Of a DNA stretch of 64,000 bases, positions 60,773-64,000 are shown piece by piece. Both the position numbers and the translations under genes were made by a program. This stretch comes from Candidatus Binatia bacterium (lineage in GTDB: Bacteria > Desulfobacterota > Binatia > UBA9968 > JAJDTQ01). Position 1 is the first letter of the stretch; every line of letters starts with the position of its first letter. The stretch covers positions 992,001-1,056,000 of the forward strand of contig OY762897.2 in the NCBI GenBank assembly GCA_963666515.2, in the 5' to 3' direction. The notes under the pieces are model-generated. The model was not told the DNA's origin. It made no database searches and saw only the letters and a list, made by a program, of their open reading frames with translations.

Positions 60773-61288
60773 TCAGCCCAGCCAGGGCATGATGCTCTTG
60801 AGGAAATTCTCCGGCCCCGTAATCAACGGCTCCAGCCAGTGGATGTGCAGGATCTGGTCGAATACGCCGACGAAGAACACCAGCATGATGGCGGTCAGCC
60901 ACAGGGTCAGCGTCCATCCCTCCTTGGCCTGGTACTTGAGGTACAGCAGGGTGAACACGGGCACGGTGATGAAGAAGCCGATCAGCAGGATGCCGAAGAA
61001 CATGCCCAGGAGCCACCCGGCGAAGGCGAGGCCCCGGGCCGCCACCTCGGCGGCCGACATGGTCCAGTCCACCTGCAGGTCGCCGGTTTCCCGCTCCTGG
61101 CTGGCGGTTGTCTTCATGGAGCGGTAGGCGTCCATGACCAGTTGAATCAGCGCCATGACCAGGACCGGGACGCCGACGGAAAGGGGAAACAGGCCGGTGC
61201 CCATGGGCCAGTCCCTGGCGGTGTAGACCATGGCGGCGGCCACCACGGCGACGAACAGCGTGAACAGGAGCGACGGTGTAGCGCGCAT
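60773..61288 (-). CDS. TctB family small membrane subunit
   Basis: 4 TM segments, LFPL.VG.P, FFVGVFD.IL; downstream of tctA. Confidence 0.85.
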   Translation of the reverse strand: MRATPSLLFTLFVAVVAAAMVYTARDWPMGTGLFPLSVGVPVLVMALIQLVMDAYRSMKTTASQERETGDLQVDWTMSAAEVAARGLAFAGWLLGMFFGILLIGFFITVPVFTLLYLKYQAKEGWTLTLWLTAIMLVFFVGVFDQILHIHWLEPLITGPENFLKSIMPWLG

Positions 61289-61290
61289 GG

Positions 61291-62790
61291 CTAATCTCCC
61301 TCCCGCGTGTCGCCGGTGAGCTGCCGGACCTTACGTTCCTGCTTGACGCTGTAGTAGATGGTCGCGATGGTGACCGCGAGAACCACCAGCACCAGCGGCT
61401 GGATCAGGAAGGAGGCGCCGTAGGCGCGGACGGAGATGAACAGATACCGCTCGATGAGCCCGCCCAGCAGGAACCCCAGGAGGAGCGGCGGCCGGGGCCA
61501 TCCGCACCGTTTCATGACCCATCCCAGCAGCCCGAAGAGCAGCACCGTCACCAGGTCGAAGATGCTGGCGGTGGCCTGGTAGGCCGCCAGGAACACCACG
61601 ACGGTCACCAGCGGCGCGAGGATGTTGATCCGTACCGAAGAGATCTTGGCGAGCTGGTTGGTGAAGCACAGCGCGATGACCGTGGCCATGATGTTGGCGA
61701 TGGCCGTGCTCCAGACGATGGCGAAGGTGATGTCCAGGTGCTGCTCCAGCATGGCCGGCCCCGGTTGCAGGCCGTGGATCATGAAGGCGCCGATGAGCAG
61801 AGCCATGGACGCGCTGCCGGGAATGCCGAAGGCCAGCGTGGGCACCAGCGCGCCGCCCTGCTTGGCGTTGTTGGCGCTCTCCGGCGCGATGACGCCGCGC
61901 ACGTCGCCCGAGCCGAAGGTCAGGGCAGCGTCCTTGCAGGTGGACTTGGCGTGTCCGTAGGCGAGCCAGTCCACCACCGCGGAGCCCAGGCCCGGGATGA
62001 TGCCGACCCAGGTGCCCAGGAAGGCGCAGCGGAGCATCAGCCACCAGTTGGTGAACACGTCACGGATGCCGTGGCCCACGCCTTTCATGGCCTGCTTGGG
62101 CACGCTGCTGATCTGCTTGCCCTCGATGACCATGTCGGCCAGCTCGGGCAGCGCGAAGATCCCCAGGCTGATGACGATGATGTTCAGGCCGTCGAACAGG
62201 TAGAGCGAATCGAAGGTCCAGCGCAGCAGCCCTTCCTGCTTGTCGATGCCGATCATCGACAAGAGCAGCCCCATGCCGCCGGCGACGATGCCCTTGAGAG
62301 GCACCCGGCCGCTCAGGATGGCCACCATGGAGATGCCCATGATGCCCAGGGAGAACAGCTCGGGGGCCCTGAACAGCAGCACCAGCGGCTTCAGGATGGG
62401 GATCAGCATCCCCAGGATGACGGCGCCGATGACGCCCCCCAGCAGGGAGGAGAAATACGCGGCCCCGAAGGCCCGTCCCGCCTCGCCTTTCCGGGCCATG
62501 GGGTGGCCGTCCAGGATGGTGGCCTGGGAGCCGACGGTCCCGGGCACGGCGAACAGCACCGAGGGGATGGTGTCGGTGGTCACCGGCACCGAGGACAGGG
62601 CCACCAGCATGGCGATGGCCGCGGTGGGATCCATGTCGAACGTGAACGGCAGCAGCAGGGCCAGGCCGACGACGCCTCCCAGCCCGGGTATGGCTCCCAG
62701 CGCCATACCCACCACGACGCCGAACATCATGAATAGAAACCGTTCCACGCTCAACAGCGCGGTCAGGCCATCGGCCATTGCTTCGAACAC
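61291..62790 (-). CDS. TTT permease TctA
   Basis: GAIPGLG, DGHPMA..GEAGRA, APESANNA, FGIPGS, PGP. Confidence 0.93.
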   Translation of the reverse strand: MFEAMADGLTALLSVERFLFMMFGVVVGMALGAIPGLGGVVGLALLLPFTFDMDPTAAIAMLVALSSVPVTTDTIPSVLFAVPGTVGSQATILDGHPMARKGEAGRAFGAAYFSSLLGGVIGAVILGMLIPILKPLVLLFRAPELFSLGIMGISMVAILSGRVPLKGIVAGGMGLLLSMIGIDKQEGLLRWTFDSLYLFDGLNIIVISLGIFALPELADMVIEGKQISSVPKQAMKGVGHGIRDVFTNWWLMLRCAFLGTWVGIIPGLGSAVVDWLAYGHAKSTCKDAALTFGSGDVRGVIAPESANNAKQGGALVPTLAFGIPGSASMALLIGAFMIHGLQPGPAMLEQHLDITFAIVWSTAIANIMATVIALCFTNQLAKISSVRINILAPLVTVVVFLAAYQATASIFDLVTVLLFGLLGWVMKRCGWPRPPLLLGFLLGGLIERYLFISVRAYGASFLIQPLVLVVLAVTIATIYYSVKQERKVRQLTGDTREGD

Positions 62791-62917
62791 GTCATGCTCC
62801 TATTTCATGGAATACGGGTGCGCCATCGGAGGGAATCGGCCGATACCCCCATGGGCCGATATCAGCCGAGGTTCTTAACGGTTAAGCCGCGAGTCTGTCA
62901 AGGCGAGGGGCGGCGCC

Positions 62918-64000
62918 TCACGGCTTGAACTCATACGCCTCCGGCGCCGGCTTGTAGGCGCGCAGGAGCCACAGGGGACGGCGCAGGTTCCCCGGACCGG
63001 GGGCCGGCCGCGTCAGCGTGAGCCAGCGCTTGTAGACCTCGTGGGACTTGTTGGTGTCCACGAAGATGTCGCCGTAGCGGTCGTCGGCGCCGGGCTTCTC
63101 CACCCGCACCTTCTGGTGCCAGCAGTGCTGGCCGCTGATGTTGTCCGGCTGCACCGGGAAGGTCAGGTTCTGGTGCACCCCGGCCTCCTGCCACCACACC
63201 CGCCCGGAGTCCTTGTCGTCGCTCTCGAAGGGCTGGACGCCGTGGAGTTGGCGCATCATCCACTGTCCGGGCTCCACCTGCTCCAGGTTCACCAGCGCGG
63301 TGGCGAAACGGCCGCCGCCGGTCTCCTCCTGGAGGCGCCAGCGCCCCAGGTGGTGCGAGCACGCCACCACGCCCGGCCGGATCCCCTCGGTCACCCACAC
63401 CCGGTCCACGAAGTAGCCGATCTCGGTGTGCACCTTCACCAGGTCGCCGGTGTCCACCGCGAGCCGCTGGGCGTCCTGTGGATGCAGCCACACCGGGTTC
63501 TTGTGGGATATCTCGTAGAGCCACTTGGCGTTGGCCGAGCGGCTGTGGATGAGGGTCGGCAGCCGGAAGGTGGGCAGCAGCAGCATCTCGCCCTTGGCGG
63601 CGTCGATGTTGGAGCGGTGGACGTGGCTCTTGATGTAGCCCGGGTAGCGGTGCTCGGGCCACTTCCAGTCCTTCAGGGTCTCGGAGTAGAACTCCAGCTT
63701 GCGCGACGGCGTCGGGAAGCCGGCGTAGCCCTTGCCGTCCACCTCCACGCCGATGACCGCGCCGCCCTTGGATACCACCTTGGTCACCGGGTCCACCGCG
63801 GCCTCGGCCATGTCCGCTTCCTTGATCTCGGTGGCGTGGCTGCTGTAGATGTTCTCGGCCACCAGGAAGGCGCCGTACCGGCGCATGTATTCCAGCGGCG
63901 AGATGCCCTCCGCGGCCGCGGCCTCCGGCAGTCCCGGCACGCTGTTCTCGAACATCCACTGGTAGTACTCGGACACGGTGAGCTTCTCGCCCGGCCGGTA
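62918..64000 (-). CDS. Molybdopterin-dependent oxidoreductase, C-terminal part (5' end outside window)
   Basis: GFPTPSRKLEFYS, IHSRS.N..WL.E, LHPQDA, VTEGIRPGVV; molybdopterin dinucleotide-binding domain. Confidence 0.85.
   Translation of the reverse strand, partial: YRPGEKLTVSEYYQWMFENSVPGLPEAAAAEGISPLEYMRRYGAFLVAENIYSSHATEIKEADMAEAAVDPVTKVVSKGGAVIGVEVDGKGYAGFPTPSRKLEFYSETLKDWKWPEHRYPGYIKSHVHRSNIDAAKGEMLLLPTFRLPTLIHSRSANAKWLYEISHKNPVWLHPQDAQRLAVDTGDLVKVHTEIGYFVDRVWVTEGIRPGVVACSHHLGRWRLQEETGGGRFATALVNLEQVEPGQWMMRQLHGVQPFESDDKDSGRVWWQEAGVHQNLTFPVQPDNISGQHCWHQKVRVEKPGADDRYGDIFVDTNKSHEVYKRWLTLTRPAPGPGNLRRPLWLLRAYKPAPEAYEFKP

Overview
High-GC bacterial chromosomal window. The gene order rplU-rpmA-obgE-proB-proA-nadD-rsfS and the many TTT/ABC transporters suggest a Deltaproteobacteria/Binatia-like organism, possibly host-associated (inference). 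1-13.3 kb: housekeeping core (recJ, rplU, rpmA, obgE, proB, proA, nadD, rsfS, ppk2, gltX, four tRNAs), with a type II restriction-modification pair between proB and proA. 13.4-51.6 kb: catabolic accessory region with amidohydrolases, a peptide ABC transporter, an M1 aminopeptidase, a TTT transporter, two ThDP enzymes, LigAB and PcaGH dioxygenases, a TA pair, and a Cache-domain autotransporter plus a decayed paralog. 52-57 kb: lower-GC surface-protein island. 57-64 kb: three tandem TctC genes, tctAB and a partial molybdopterin oxidoreductase. The most notable feature is a ~1.87-kb insertion element (54032-55891) that splits a lipoprotein gene. It has no terminal inverted repeats, has CTAGAAT at both junctions and highly structured ends. 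It encodes one 535-aa protein whose motifs resemble Rep_trans-type rolling-circle initiators rather than DDE or HUH transposases, making it a candidate undescribed transposon class.
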